This document shows, piece after piece, positions 25,309 through 39,645 of a DNA stretch of 44,982 nt. The notes under the pieces are model-generated. The model ran no database searches. It was not told the DNA's origin and saw only the letters and a list, made by a program, of their open reading frames with translations. A program made the position numbers and the translations under genes. Every line of letters starts with the position of its first letter. Position 1 is the stretch's first letter. Source of the DNA: Atractiella rhizophila. Lineage: Eukaryota. The stretch spans positions 6,023-51,004 of the forward strand of contig MU271519.1 of NCBI GenBank assembly GCA_021432655.1. The letters are read 5' to 3'.

Positions 25309-27940
25309 TTAGAAGTCATAAACACAAGCTCCGTTCTCAGGTTTCGTGGCAAAGCAAAACTGTTCAAAGTCTGTATCTTCCTTCGTCATCAGTTCCGGAA
25401 ACTTCTTCACGTAATACCTCTGCTTGAGAGTTTCTATGAAGTCATTTTCTATTGACTCAGGGATGAGATGGACTGTGCATCCTCCCCATCCCGCGCCTAA
25501 TTCAGAAAGTCAGTTACAACTTTTAGAACCCGAGAAGGAAAGGAATTGGCAGACCAGTAAGCCGAGCACCAAAGGCACCCGCTTCTCTAGATATTTGAAC
25601 CATTTCGTTGATCTCAGGACAAGAACAGTCATAAAGTTCGTCGCAACTATTCTGACTGAGATTCATAAACTCTCCCAGCTTCTCGAGCATTTCCACCCCT
25701 GCTCCCGCTTGTATGCTGTTCTCCAGGGTGTGACGGAACTGGTAAACCCTCAAACTCTCTTCAAAGACGTGCTTCGCTCTCTTCCAGACTTGTAACTTCT
25801 CTGCTTCCACTTCGAACGGTGCGACCTTAGCATGAAATGCTTCTTTGTCCAACCCCGTTGCAGAGTACACTTCATTCCATGTCATGCCGTCTTTCCACTT
25901 CCCGAGGTGCCTGTCTGTGAGCGAAGACATCTCTTGGAGCTGAGAGATAGCGGTGGAGACATCGTCAGCCGTATTCGCCTTGAAATATGCGTCGGTTAAC
26001 GCTTTCAGTGTCGGAAGGGGGTCCAGAGGCAGCGAGAGAGCGAGAGCCGAGTTAAGTAGGATAGATGCAATTCGGCATTCAACCACCTTTAAAACACTCA
26101 TGGTAAGGCGAACGCGAACATTACGGACGTCGTGAAAAACAAACCCTAAGATTGTAGTGGAACTTGGCAGTCAGATGCTTTTCCGAGGTTACAAGAGTGT
26201 TCGCAATGACAAATGAGAACTTCGGGTCCACTTTCGGCAATGGAACTGGAGTTGCCAGCAGCTGAGGAACAAAGTGTCTGTATGCTGATCAGATGGGGAG
26301 TGTAAAGTAATAAAGTATCGCACATGTGCAACAGAGACTCCGGAATGCTGAAAATTGACGCGCTTTGATCCATCCTGCATCGCAGACAGTTCAGTATACC
26401 ATTCCACTTTGGAAAGAAGACCACGAACCCTCCACTCTTGACACCGACCCAAGTCTCGCTAACAATCACCAGTTCTGTAAACTCTTTCCGGGATACTCCT
26501 TTAATTCCAAATGCCTCGATAACTGCCAGGCCAGAAGCGATGACGAAAGCAGCTGAAGAAGAAATACCTCCGCCGGGGGGAACGTTTCCGGTCATAAGTG
26601 CGCATATTTCTAAGGCACCAATCTGGGGAGCGAAACGTCCGAGAATGCCTTTAAGAGCAGCCTACGAAATATCTTATCAATGACTCTCATAGGAACAGGT
26701 GGAAATCTTACCTTGAAGTAGTTGCCCCATGCGTGCTCTTTCATATTAACGCTCTCAGCCTTATGATCTGACGCGGGGAAAGAGATTGTGGTTCGCTCGT
26801 ATTTAGGGTTCACATTTCGTAAATCAATCGTGTGATTACCAGAGGAGGATGGCGCCCATGAAATTGCGATGAGGACATCACGCTCAATGGCAGCGGGAAG
26901 AACAGCGAAGCCCGAGTAATCAATGTGCTCGCCTGGAATACGAGCGTTACTTCGCGAGAGTGTCGTAGTGAGGCACATCACAAACCAATTATGTTGACCT
27001 GTAGCGTATGAAGTCAGTGTCACGGCATCCACAAATATCAACAGGCTAGAGAGCAGAGCAATCTTGACATTGACAAATTAAGTATATTATGCTGGCTATT
27101 GTCATAGAATGTAAACAGGTGTTGAATTCACGGGTCTCCATCTTGCCAATGTCTGCAAATTTAGGAAACAAATGTGATTCGTCAAATAGGACTGCCGAAC
27201 GTGAAAATAAACCAAAAAGGTCGTCTGTATATGGAAGACAGACTAGAATGGTGTCTTCAGGTGTTCAAGTGATATCATCAACTGCATCAAGGATCCTGAA
27301 GATGCTGACGCTGCTCGAAGACAACCGTGAAGTCTCTTAGGTCAGATTCAGAGCCATTTCTTTATGAAGGATATAAATCAAATGAATGAATATTCAGTGA
27401 ATCAGGTGTAATAATTTCGAAGGTATAACACATATCAACCGATGTGGGATGTAAAAGTTGGAGCCCAAGATTGCAAATACACTAGATAGTCCATGCCTCA
27501 TGAGGTCCAAGATTCGCTGATCTAGGTGCGACTGAGCGAAGACATCAGGCGACATTCATGATGAACCTTCAAACAGTTGCAAGACTGTTACATACCAGAG
27601 CAGAAATATGAGTCCAACTAGTAGTCCGGCTAGTAGAAGTGAGAACAACATTGCGCAGGGCCTTCCCAACTTCGGTGGGCCGATAACATTTGTGCTTCAA
27701 TAAATTGAAACAAAACGAGAGCTTCAATGCTCGTGTTCAAACAGCATTTTGCAGCCCACATCATCTACTATGGGAAGACAAACGTACCCTTCCCGGCGCT
27801 CTAGCAATTTTCATGGGCTTCTTTCCAAACTCCTGCTCAAAGCTCTTGGACAGAGCATCCCATCTCTCTCCCTGATGCAGCAGTGTTTTTGAGGTGTAGA
27901 TCGTGGAGAGGGAAGTGTGCCGTGGGATCGCGTCGCTCAT
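25309..27940 (-). CDS. GAL1: Galactokinase (GHMP kinase family)
   Basis: RAPGR|VNIIG|EHIDY galactose-binding signature, GNVPPGGGISSSAAF ATP loop, SGGMDQ, FVIANT..HYNLR|VVEC, RAKHVFEE, YDCSCPE, GARLTG|AGWGGC. ATG 27940, 789-nt intron 27787-26999, 13-nt micro-exon 26998-26986, stop TAA 25311-25309. Confidence 0.97.
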
Positions 27941-28246
27941 CTTCTGTTGGGATAGAGAAAGTTGGCGACAAAATGTGAAAAGATGGAGCAAGATGAAAGG
28001 ACCAAGCACGCTGAACTGAAGTAAGGATTGATCGATGCGGCATCATGTGATCAATTACGTAAAGGAATATTCTTAGATAGTAAATGAGAGGTTGAGGTTG
28101 CTCAGATGGCCTGAAACAAAATATCTTCGTTTTTGGAGTGAGCAGGTTGATGTGCACCGTAATATAGCATCCTGCGCGTCCAGTGGCTCAACGTTCAACG
28201 CTCAGCGAAAGGAGCTGGGATTCTTCCCAATGGGACCATTGTCCTT

Positions 28247-29536
28247 CTATTTCCTCCGCCCTTTACTTTTTGTTTTTTCCTTCTCCTTCTCCCTCTCGCT
28301 CTCGATCCACCAATTCTCCTCTTCGTCGAGCTCCCTCCACCCACTCTTTCCACCTAGCGCAAGATCCGAATAAGAGAGTTTGTAGTCCAACTTCTCCAGC
28401 CCTTTCAACCTCCAATGCTGATGTGCTTTCCCTATTTGCTTCTGCACTTCCTTCCCCTCCGACATCTCCTTCGTTGGCGGTTCTTCGTCAGGAGGAGTAA
28501 CTGTGAGGATCGGGATGTTGTTGAGCAAGGAGCGGTAGCGACGGCGAAGATACCTTCTCGAACGGTTGACGACAACTAGACGAGAAGTCCGTATCGCCGT
28601 CCTCCCCAACCGTCGATGAATGGGCTTCTTCCATCCTCGAGTGTGAGAATCTGAGTCGCCGATGCCTGCCGCCTTCCGCTCGAGCTCGTCGACAAGACCA
28701 TTTGCCTGCAGTTGCGGAAGCCTTCCTCCCCACCGTGTCCACTCCTTCCCCGCTTCTTCACCTCTCATCACCGTCCCATCACGTTTCCTCACTCTCACTT
28801 CTAGCGGCGGAAGCAAAGAGCTCCCAATTCGAGTCCTGTAAAATCTCCAGCGCGGCCGTGTTTGTCGCCTCGCTGTCAAACCACCAAACTTCACCCTCTC
28901 CTCCGTCCCCGGTATCCCTCTAGCGGGGAGTGAGGGAGGGTAAAGCAGGGATTGTAGTGTGGTGGTTCTAGAAGAGAACGGGGATTGGAGCAACGCTATC
29001 AGCGCGGGAGGGTAATAAGGCAACCGTGTGCGATGGAGAGTATTGACTATCCGCCTATTGCTTTGTGATGGTTCAGCGAAAGGAGCGAGGAGGTCGTGTC
29101 GCAGTGCACCAGTCCGACCGTAGGCGAGGGAGAGGAGTTTGGAAAGAGCAGCGTGTGAACCAGAGTGTGCATGTTCTAGTAGACGGAGGAGCTGTCATGG
29201 TTCCTTTACTGTTGTTTCATGACAAAGCGAAGAGAAATAATGGAGAACGAACCCGCCATGTCCTCTTCTTGAATGATAGCTCTCGATTCTTCCGTCGAAC
29301 TGGGTCTTTGAGCTTTTTCAAATCCGAATCGTATTCTAAGTACATGGATTGAGTAAGTCGCGTGAAGTAATCACTATAGCAGCCCATGTAAAGACGGTCA
29401 GTTCGAATAATGAGCATGAACACAATACGGACCGACAGTGAGCATCAGTTAGCTTAGAGCTGGAATTGACGAGGGCGCTTCGTGCCCAAGTGAGATACGC
29501 ATGAGAATGGCGGAAGAGGTTCGGCGGACGGGGCAT
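28247..29536 (-). CDS. Hypothetical basic protein, possibly of the fungal mitochondrial LYR-motif-related family
   Basis: Three exons: MPRPPNLFRHSHAYLTWARSAL..AHCR|DYFTRLTQ..KKRTWR|LLRLLEHAHSGSHAALSKLLSLAYGRTGALRHDLL, continuing into ORF 28247-29023. The AYGRxGxxRxxLL motif resembles fungal LYRM/Cup1-like proteins (from memory, unverified). Confidence 0.6.
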
Positions 29537-30233
29537 TTTCCAAAGTGAAACGGAAAAGGGTCGTTGCTGAACTTTTGCGAAGGTAGCTCCTGATATTCCA
29601 AATAGGATTAGACCTCTCAAATAGCCTCAGAGGAGCTAGCGAGCCGTCTAAAAGAATAATCAATAGAAAACAACACCGCTTCGTTGATAATGCCTTTGTC
29701 AATTCATTGACCTCTTTGATTGGTCACGTGACTTCGTTTAAAACGCACTGTTGGCAGCTCTACTTGGTAAAGGAGGTAAGAACTCTTGAGTGTCTTCTGA
29801 ATCAAAAGGCCAAGCACGGCGGTGGGAATCATCAAAGTACTCGCGACCTTGAAGGTCTCTCCCTGCTTAGAACGGTGAAAGGTGATGAAAGGGGAAATCG
29901 AGCTCGCACCGTTTATTCCTCTCGTCACTGTGATAAATTGTGATATTCGACTGAGTGTTTATTGGCGTTAAACAGTAGCACAAAGTCCACCTTCCTACCT
30001 CGTTCAGTGTGTCCGTGAAATTGCTTCGCGCGGTGTGTTCGCATTTTCGGAGCGTTTCGACTCAACTCACCTCCCAAAAACGACGATACCTCTCCCGAGC
30101 AACCATACTCCTCCCCCTCATCTTCCCTAAAGCAGGTTCTACGCTTGTATCCATCCACTGCGAATATTTACTAGGCTAGAAACTGGTCTGGAATCAGGGA
30201 AACGATATTGTTAGCTGATAATTTGGGAAATAT

Positions 30234-31826
30234 ATGGCTGCACCTTCATCGTCAACCTCGAATCTCGCACAAGGACAACACGCCTACGAGAGCAGTCGCG
30301 ACGGAAACGCTACTCCCTCCACTTCCAAGTTCACGGTTGGTTCTCCGCCTTCCGCGACTTCCGGAAATGGAGGGAATGGAATTGGAGGCTCCACAATTAA
30401 AAGCGGAAGGAGAAAGGTAGCAACTAAACCTGGTGCGTTCCTTTGTTTCCTTTACGTCATAGGGAAGGTGTTGAAGTTGCATTTGTTCGTACGAAGCTTG
30501 GGCGAACGATTCGGACGAAGATATCCACTTCCTTTCCTACTCCCGACCCACTTCGCCTACAGAAACGCAGGGCCGTCCTTCCGTAGCCGTGCCTCCCTCC
30601 ATATCTTCCGTCGCACAGTCCCACCCTACCCCTCAATCTCCGGACCATGAACAAACCTCCCGACCGTCCACCTCGAGCTCCTCCCTTCCGCTTTCACCCA
30701 CCACGCCAAGACCTCCACCACCCGCTCATCGGAAAGAAAGCGACCAATCAACAGCGTCTGCGACATGGTGGACCTTCACTATGCCTGCGAAGTACAAGCG
30801 GAGGGCTGAAGAGTACCTGAGGAAGTTTGGCGAGGGAGCTGATGACAAGGATGAGGATGAAAGCGATGAGGATAGGGAGAGGAGGGATGGATTGGGTGAT
30901 TTGGAGCAGGGAAAGAGGGGGAGCGGTTGGAAGCCTGGGATGCCGCTTTCAGACGAGGATGATCGTATGAGGATGGAGGCAAGGATATCAACCAGCGTCT
31001 TCTCGTCCAATCATGCGACTACTCCGGGCTGGTCATCGCCTTGGGTTCCCTTCCGTCGACTCACGGATCATAATCCTTTCGGCTCCTCCTTGGCTTCTCC
31101 GGATGGAGCCATACCCCTTACCGGCACGATCGAGAAGGAAGGATTGGAGCGGAAAACTCCTGGACATCTGACAGGAGATACAAGTCACTATATCAGGGAC
31201 TTGTTAAACAGGCGAACGATAAAAAAGAAGGTCGTCGACTTTCTCTTGCACTCCGTTTTTGCACCCCTCTTCTTTCGTCTCCTCAACCTCTCCTTTACTG
31301 CTTGCGTACTTGGTCTCGCTATTAGGGTCTTGGTCGTGGAGAATCAGCACAATATACGAGGGATTATCGGCACCAGCACTACTTTAGCTCTCATCATCGC
31401 TCCCCTCACTCTATGCCACATTCTCGGGTCTGTCTATCTCGAATATTTTGGCCGCCCGATTGGTATTTGGTATGTTTGTCCAGGTCTTGTATCCCGTTGG
31501 TGCTGAGGTGCTCGTATAGGTCGGTGCGACTAAAGATGACACACACGCTCATCGACCTAGTATTCATAGTTCTTTGGTCCTCCGAGCTGTCTCTTGCCTT
31601 CGACGATTACTTCTCCACTTCTCTCGAATGCACGACCTGGACTCCAAACCCGCGATTCCAATCTACAGCCACGGTGGATGTCGAAGTTCCGACTCACGTT
31701 CAAGATATTCTTTGTGACTCCCAAGGCGCCCTCGTTGCACTCGTTTTTGGCGGAATGGTCTTATACATCGCCGTCTTGGTCGTGAGCTTGTTCAGGATCT
31801 TCAACCAGGTTAGGAGGAAGAACTGA
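30234..31826 (+). CDS. SRF1-like regulator of phospholipase D (disordered N-terminus, 4 C-terminal TM helices)
   Basis: PLFFRLLNLSF..LGLAI, YLEYFGRPIGIW|SVRLKMTHTLIDLVFIVLWSSELSLAFD and LCDSQGALV..VSLFRIF match the fungal Srf1 pattern. Introns at ~30432-30497 and ~31470-31519. Confidence 0.75.
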
Positions 31827-32383
31827 GCGCCTACCCAACCCCACCACCCGACCTGTTACTCATTGCGATCAAATCTTCAGTGTGCAGTCTCAGCCTCAAT
31901 CTGTTCTGTGATATTTATTCAGTGGTCTCACTAAAGACAAGTTGTGCATACACCTCTACTTCTCCCCTTCTCCTTCAACATTCATGTACCATCGGTTGAC
32001 CCCTTAGTTCGAAAACGAACTCGACGCTCGTTATTATTTCTCCTTATCTTTACCTGATCCAATTTCGGACTTTGTTATGATTGTTTACGCCTCCCACTGC
32101 TTCTTTTGATCATCTTTGACCCCTGAGATCTTGAAAGCTCTGATTTCCCAGACTTTCGCCAGTCGCGCGCCAATGTACTGACTTTTGCTCAATTTGTAAT
32201 AACATCACTAGCTATCTCACTCCAATACTATTCTGTTATCTGAAGCTTCAAACGTTCCAGCCACTTTCGCATGAACTCGTCTCACGGACGGATGGGAGGA
32301 TTAAACAGGATACAGCTCCATTTCAGTGGTTTTACTCGTTCGAAATATCACAATTAAGTTTCACAAATCCAGCAATGCAGCAA

Positions 32384-34096
<1,713 letters not shown>

Positions 34097-34184
34097 CTTT
34101 ACCTGGGTAAGGTCTTTGTTTTGTGGCTTGAAATTGGTTAAGTGGTTTCTGTGAGTGATCTGACGAGGAGGAGTGAATTCCCAC

Positions 34185-34266
34185 TTTTATAAGAAACCGA
34201 ACCCGCAGCAGCTGACTGACGTCTGTCGCATTTTCGAACGCGAACCACACGCCAAAGTTCTGGAAC
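34185..34266 (-). promoter_or_regulatory. Polyubiquitin promoter: TATA box, CRE-like site and heat-shock element
   Basis: TATAAAA on the minus strand at 34191-34185, TGACGTC at ~34216-34223 and nTTCnnGAAn (gttctggaac) at 34257-34266. Polyubiquitin genes are established Hsf1 targets. Confidence 0.55.
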
Positions 34267-34859
34267 GGTGGCAAACGACGAATCGAGAGCAGAGCGAATC
34301 GACACGAACCAATGAACCGGAGTGTTGAAGCTGACTGATTGTGACTGATGTACTGGGTACTGACCCTCCTAGGTGTTGTTGTGTTCTTGGAGAACAGGTA
34401 CGAGTTTGCTTGTGAATTTTGGCGATTCGATTCCCACTTCGGTTCCTCGCTCTTGTGTCCTCGATCGCTGCAAATCTGCCCATCTTGATCCCCATGTCCA
34501 ATTTTGATTACTCGTTATGTGTATGTGGCAAGACTATCATTGAGTGACAATCGGCGCTGCTAGACATTGCAAAGAGACTTGATACCTATGCCTTAATCGC
34601 ATGCAAATGTGCAAAATCCACTTGCACACCCCACGTTCAGGTCAAAATTATTCCATCCAAATTGCTCTTCCGACAGGATGAAAACAAACCAGGCAGTCAC
34701 AAGCAAGCTCACAGCAATGATCCTGACAATCGTTTCCACATCCCCTCTCTTCTTTCACAAGTGTCGGTATGTAATTTGGCAGCGCTGGAACAGGGTTCTT
34801 CGTGATGTTGTACACGATCGCAATCCTAGGCTTCTTGTGAGCACTGACGGCAAGTAAAC

Positions 34860-36350
34860 GGCAAGTGGACTTCTTCCAAGTCTTCCAACTACGTCAGGGT
34901 GAGTGATCCAAGAAAGCTCAACGTTCATCCTTCCCTTCCTGTGAGAAGTTTGAAAGTCCTCGTGGTTTTTGTCCAACGCATCACTTGCAAACCATACCTA
35001 AAAATCATTGTCGGATTCCAGCCTGTGAGCATCTGCCGGGTCGAAATAAATCGTCAAGTGGGAAAGGCTTGGTAATAAATTTTCGAAGAAATATGGCTCG
35101 AACTTCGTCGGGAGTTAAACTAGCGTTGTCAGATTGGATGGGCATCTTTCGAATATTGTATCGACGCCGAAATTTCCTATCGTAGTGAGTGAAGAGAGGT
35201 TTTTAGGCCCACGAATGTCATCTCGTTATCTTCTGGATGAAACGCCGTGTGTCTTCCCAAAGTAAACCAGTTGAGCGATCTCAAGCTCCGTTAGAGCTGG
35301 TAAAGCCTGCGTTTTTCTTCGAGTAAGTCAAAGGGATTCAGGCTCAACTCTTGCAAGTTGGACGGTTCGAAATCTGAAAAATATCCTGGGTGCACTGAAT
35401 GAATTCCATCGGAATTCCTATGCTCAAGGTACGGAGTGAACTGCGACAAGCGTCTAAAAGTAAGTTCAATTCGTCCAGTTGAGGCTCCAAGGCTTGAGGG
35501 TTAGTTCCCTGAGGTGAGGTAGAAGCAACGGCTTGAAGTAGTCGCGTGGAGGGAATATACTGGAGAAATCATCACCGGTGATGTGGTTAGAGAACCTCTG
35601 GTATCCTATCTGGATTTCCATCTTCTGCAAGGTTCGACCCTTCCGGCCAAGCTCGAAAATCTGATGCAGGATCTCAAAGTCGTGGTGCTGGTGGGCACGT
35701 GGGCTGTTTCGTGAGTTGTCGAAAGTGGAGACTTTGAGGTGCTGGATATTGTCTCAAGTTAAACTTTCAAAGGAACATAGTTAGCGCTCCTTCATCGTTG
35801 AAAGCCCAGTTCAGATCAAAATATTGGAGTGCTGTGAAGTACGGTAAGAGCTTTTTAAGACATCAAATCCCTCGTTTGAGTGCTTCGTCCGGGTAATTTT
35901 CAACCTCTTAAGAGCCGTGGGAATCAGGCCGTTCTCCATTGTGTGTAAGACAAAGCGCTTCAAAACCTTGATAGGGACGTCCATCGCCGCTGGTGCATCA
36001 TACTTTTGTAGTTCGAATGTCGCTAAACACACCGTTGTGGTGATGACAACCATGTCTTGCAAACAAGCGAACAAGGGAGGAGGCCCTCGATTTCTCTCCG
36101 AGATATAGAGCGATGCCTCAATTGCTTGGAAACATTTTCAAACCGCGTACATATGTCGTTAAAGACAAGCTGGGTGGACAAAACGGATGGAGCGGAGGTT
36201 TAGATGCACTGGAATATGATACGGAGCACTTCTGGACGAAGGCAGCTATTGGTGCCACCTATTCAATTTAATTTGTCAATATTGATCAAACTCATCAGAA
36301 ATTCGAAGGCATGAAACAGAGTGATATTGGGAGTTTAAGAAAGGGTGCAC
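34860..36350 (-). pseudogene. Decayed F-box/LRR-type gene
   Basis: Minus-strand fragments APFLKLP (F-box-like start, ~36330), ALKRLKIT, LPHLRELTLKP (~35500), LPALTELEIA (~35290) and LPSLSHLTIYF (~35060), separated by several stops and frameshifts. Boundaries are approximate. Confidence 0.5.
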
Positions 36351-36645
36351 CATAACCCAGCTGTCAATGACCAGAGGAGATACATTGGAGTTGATTTGGA
36401 CTCGTCATTGGTGTTTTTGACTGTGGAAATGGCAAAAGATTAACACAGGTCCTCTCGGGGTTCTTCAGTATGTGCATTATGAAGAGCCATGCTCATTCGA
36501 TCGGTTCAATAAACTTTTGAAAAGCAGAGCAGCGCATCTTTCCATCGTTGGTGATTGCCGCCGGAGAAAAGTGAACTTCTACTGGCACGTCTTCTCTGCT
36601 TCTTTGCAATATTCCATCTACGCGCCAATCCTGATCCTTGCCACC

Positions 36646-38991
36646 ATGGACCCCCTGCTGGCGCTTCGCAACTACGTCACGCGTATGCTCTCCATCGTAC
36701 CGGGCATGAAGGTCCTTCTACTGGACTCGTCCACGACCGCCATCCTGTCCATGTGCAGCACCCAGTCCTCCCTTCTCTCCGCACACGTCTACCTCACCGA
36801 TCGCATCGACTCTGCCAAAGGCGTCGCACAGAAGGGAGAGCGCATGGCTCACTTGAAATGCTTGGTGTTCGTCCGACCAACGAATGAGAGCTTAAGCGCT
36901 GTGAGGAGAGAGTTGGAGAGCGGGAGGTACGGTGAATACTACCTTTGTATGTCCTTCCCTTCTCTGGTTGCAGCTGCGCGGAACGTGATTTCTGTTGGGA
37001 GAAGTCTTCAGCAACGTCCTCAGCAAGAGCGCGATCGAGTCTCTCGCGCTTTCAGACACATACGAGCTTGTGCGTGAGGTCAGCGAGTACTTTGGCGACT
37101 TTCTTGCCCTCTCCACATCTCACTATTCACTCCTCGCGTCACCGCCCTCTTCCTCCACTGCTTCCACTTCCATCTCCGACGCAGAAGGCCTTCTCGCATT
37201 GCTACTCGCCCTCAAGAAAAAGCCGGTGGTTCGGTATGAGCGGATGTCTTCTGCTGCGAAAACTCTGGGGAAGGAAATGCTGAGATCGATCGAGGAACAC
37301 AAGGCGTTGTTCGACTTCAGACCTAGCAATACAACGCCATTGCTTCTGATACTGGATCGACGGAACGACCCAGTTACTCCACTGTTGACACAATGGACCT
37401 ACCAAGCGATGGTCCATGAGGAGATTGGGATAAGGAACGGACGGGTGGATCTGCGAGGTGCACCTGATATTCGAGAAGAGCTAAAGGTTTGTTCTACATT
37501 GCCCTTCCCACATTGTGTCTGACGGCTGAGTTGTGCGTAGGAAATCGTCCTTCCCTCACATCCCTCGGAAGATCCCTTCTACTCTTCCTCCTTATACCTC
37601 AACTTCGGTGACCTCGGCTCTTCCCTCACAACCTACGTGTCCGACTACTCCTCCCGTACTGCGTCATCCAATCTCTGGAAGATTGAAACTGTGCAAGATA
37701 TGAAGCGCTTCGTAGAAGAGTATCCAGAGTTTCGAAAACTAGGAGGAAACGTATCTAAACATGTTGCACTTGTAGGAGAACTGTCGAGACTCGTCGGTTC
37801 GAGAAAGTTGTTGGAGGTCAGTGAACTGGAACAGAGCTTGGCGAGCAACGAGTCTCACGCTTCAGACTTCAGGGTACGTTTTTGTTTCCGTCAAGTCAAA
37901 AGAGAGGAAGGGATGAAGGGTGTGTTGTACAGAACCTCCAACAAATGATAACCTCGGACGAAATTTCGGTGAACCATAAGCTCCGTCTCTCCATCCTTTA
38001 CGCTCTGCGATACCAGAAGTCGGCTTCTCAACAAATCTCACACATCGTCGACCTGCTCACCAGAAACGGATTGACGGCCGAAGAAGCGTCCCTTGTCAAT
38101 GTTATACTCTCATATGCGGGTGCAGACCAGAGGCAAGACGACCTGTTTGCGAACGAGAACTTTTTCAGTCGCGGGAAGAGCGCTCTTAAAGGTCTGAAGG
38201 GAGTGGATAATGTTTATACCCAACATACCCCACATCTTGCAGAGACTATCGATTTGTTATTAAAGGGAAGACTGAAGGAAACCAGCTATCCGTTCATAGA
38301 AGGCCAGAGTTTTAATCCGACGCAGAGGTACGAACCGTTGTCTTTCCACTCCTATAAAATTTAGTCAAAGGGGCCTGCTGCTGATATTGATGCTTTTCTA
38401 GGCCGCAAGACATAATTATCTTCATGGTTGGAGGTACGACTTACGAGGAAGCGCGTCACATCGCATTGCTCAACCAGAAGTTCCAGAGTGGGGAAGCAAC
38501 TTCGACAGTGGGGGCAGCGAGTGGGACATCTACGCCAGCAGGTGCTATCAATGCGAACACTCGGATCCTGTTAGGCGGTAGCTGTGTGCATAACTCTGCT
38601 AGGTAATCCTCCACCATATCTCATTCTCTGCCTTGGACTCAACAACTAGGACTGATAATCATCCCGTATTGTATGTGATAGCTTCCTGGAGATGCTTCGT
38701 ACAGTTGCTGGAGATCTTCCCGCCCCTCCACCTCTCCCGGTACCCTCAGGTCCCGCCCCAGTCGTCGCAGCCTCCTCAACTTCAACATCTACACCGGCTT
38801 CAGCAGCGACACTGGCTTCGAATCAAGGCCTCAATCTGTCGATAGGGAATGTATCTATCAATGTCTCAGGAGCGAATATGCCCAATGCGGCTACGATCGA
38901 AGCTGGCGTCGAAGGCGCGAAGGAGGGAGTTAGGAACCTGATTGGTGGTATCAAGAGGGGCGTGGAGTTTGGGAAGGTCATGTTGCCTTGA
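36646..38991 (+). CDS. VPS45: Vacuolar protein sorting 45, Sec1/Munc18 family
   Basis: GMKVLLLD, ERMAHLKCLVFVRPT, LLLILDRRNDPVTPLLTQWTYQAMVHE, DMKRFVEEYPEFRKLGGNVSKHV, KGLKGVDNVYTQHTP, VGGTTYEEA. ATG in GCCACCATGG context; five short introns. Confidence 0.97.
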
Positions 38992-39645
38992 TTGAGTACA
39001 GGATTTGGACTACCTCATTTTGGACCTAAAAGGATAATTTATATGTATAGCACTGTAGGTGTTTCTCCTTGCGTGTAATAGGAAGCTGAAGGTTGAAGAG
39101 AGAACAGAGTTGTATTACTATCTCAGCTGTTCAAATTCCTACCTCTTGCACGCACGAACAGCACCCGTGACCGCATCCACTTTTTTTGAATTCTTCGTGC
39201 AGCTTGTGTAAGCCTTCTATCAGAAGCTGGACAGCAGCTGAAACGTTGTTCAGGTTGCTCATGCCTACCAAATAATTGACGCCATCTGTTTGGGCATGTC
39301 TTGTATCCCCCAGATCTGTCATCCTCGACCTTGAGAATACAGGCAGAGCCTGCGTCGAGAGCTAGAAAGCGACGCCTGAGAGTATATCGTGCCTGTGTTG
39401 TACGCGCGTCGCGTTTGCGGCTGCGTTTGAAGCGGGTCACCCAATGCGGATGATTAGTCTCAAGCACCTTCCTCTCTCTTATAAAAGTGACAAACAGAGC
39501 AATCCTCGCCATCCCTCCATCCCTCTGCTCGCACTAGTTCTATCTACCTTCGCAGCAGTCGAATTTCGATCAGCAAGAAGGTGACAGACACTCGTGCGTT
39601 CTCCTAGTCTGATAAGCTGATACTGACCGCGTGGCAAGATGCATC

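Larger units (their letters stand above)
20847..26445. repeat. Tandem duplication, period exactly 2800 bp (copy 1 20847-23645, copy 2 23647-26445)
   Basis: Identical ORF sets are offset by 2800. The only differences I found are the 22238-22357 patch and single substitutions at 22383, 22413, 22414 and 22585. Confidence 0.97.

Noticed and set aside
35575..35650. tRNA T-loop-like ggttcgaccc
   Set aside because: Stem and loop geometry are wrong, there is no cloverleaf, and it lies within the antisense LRR pseudogene frame.
39123..39512. Small minus-strand ORFs between VPS45 and the 39646 gene
   Set aside because: No family motif or splice support, and they overlap the likely promoter (TATA ~39480) of the plus-strand gene.
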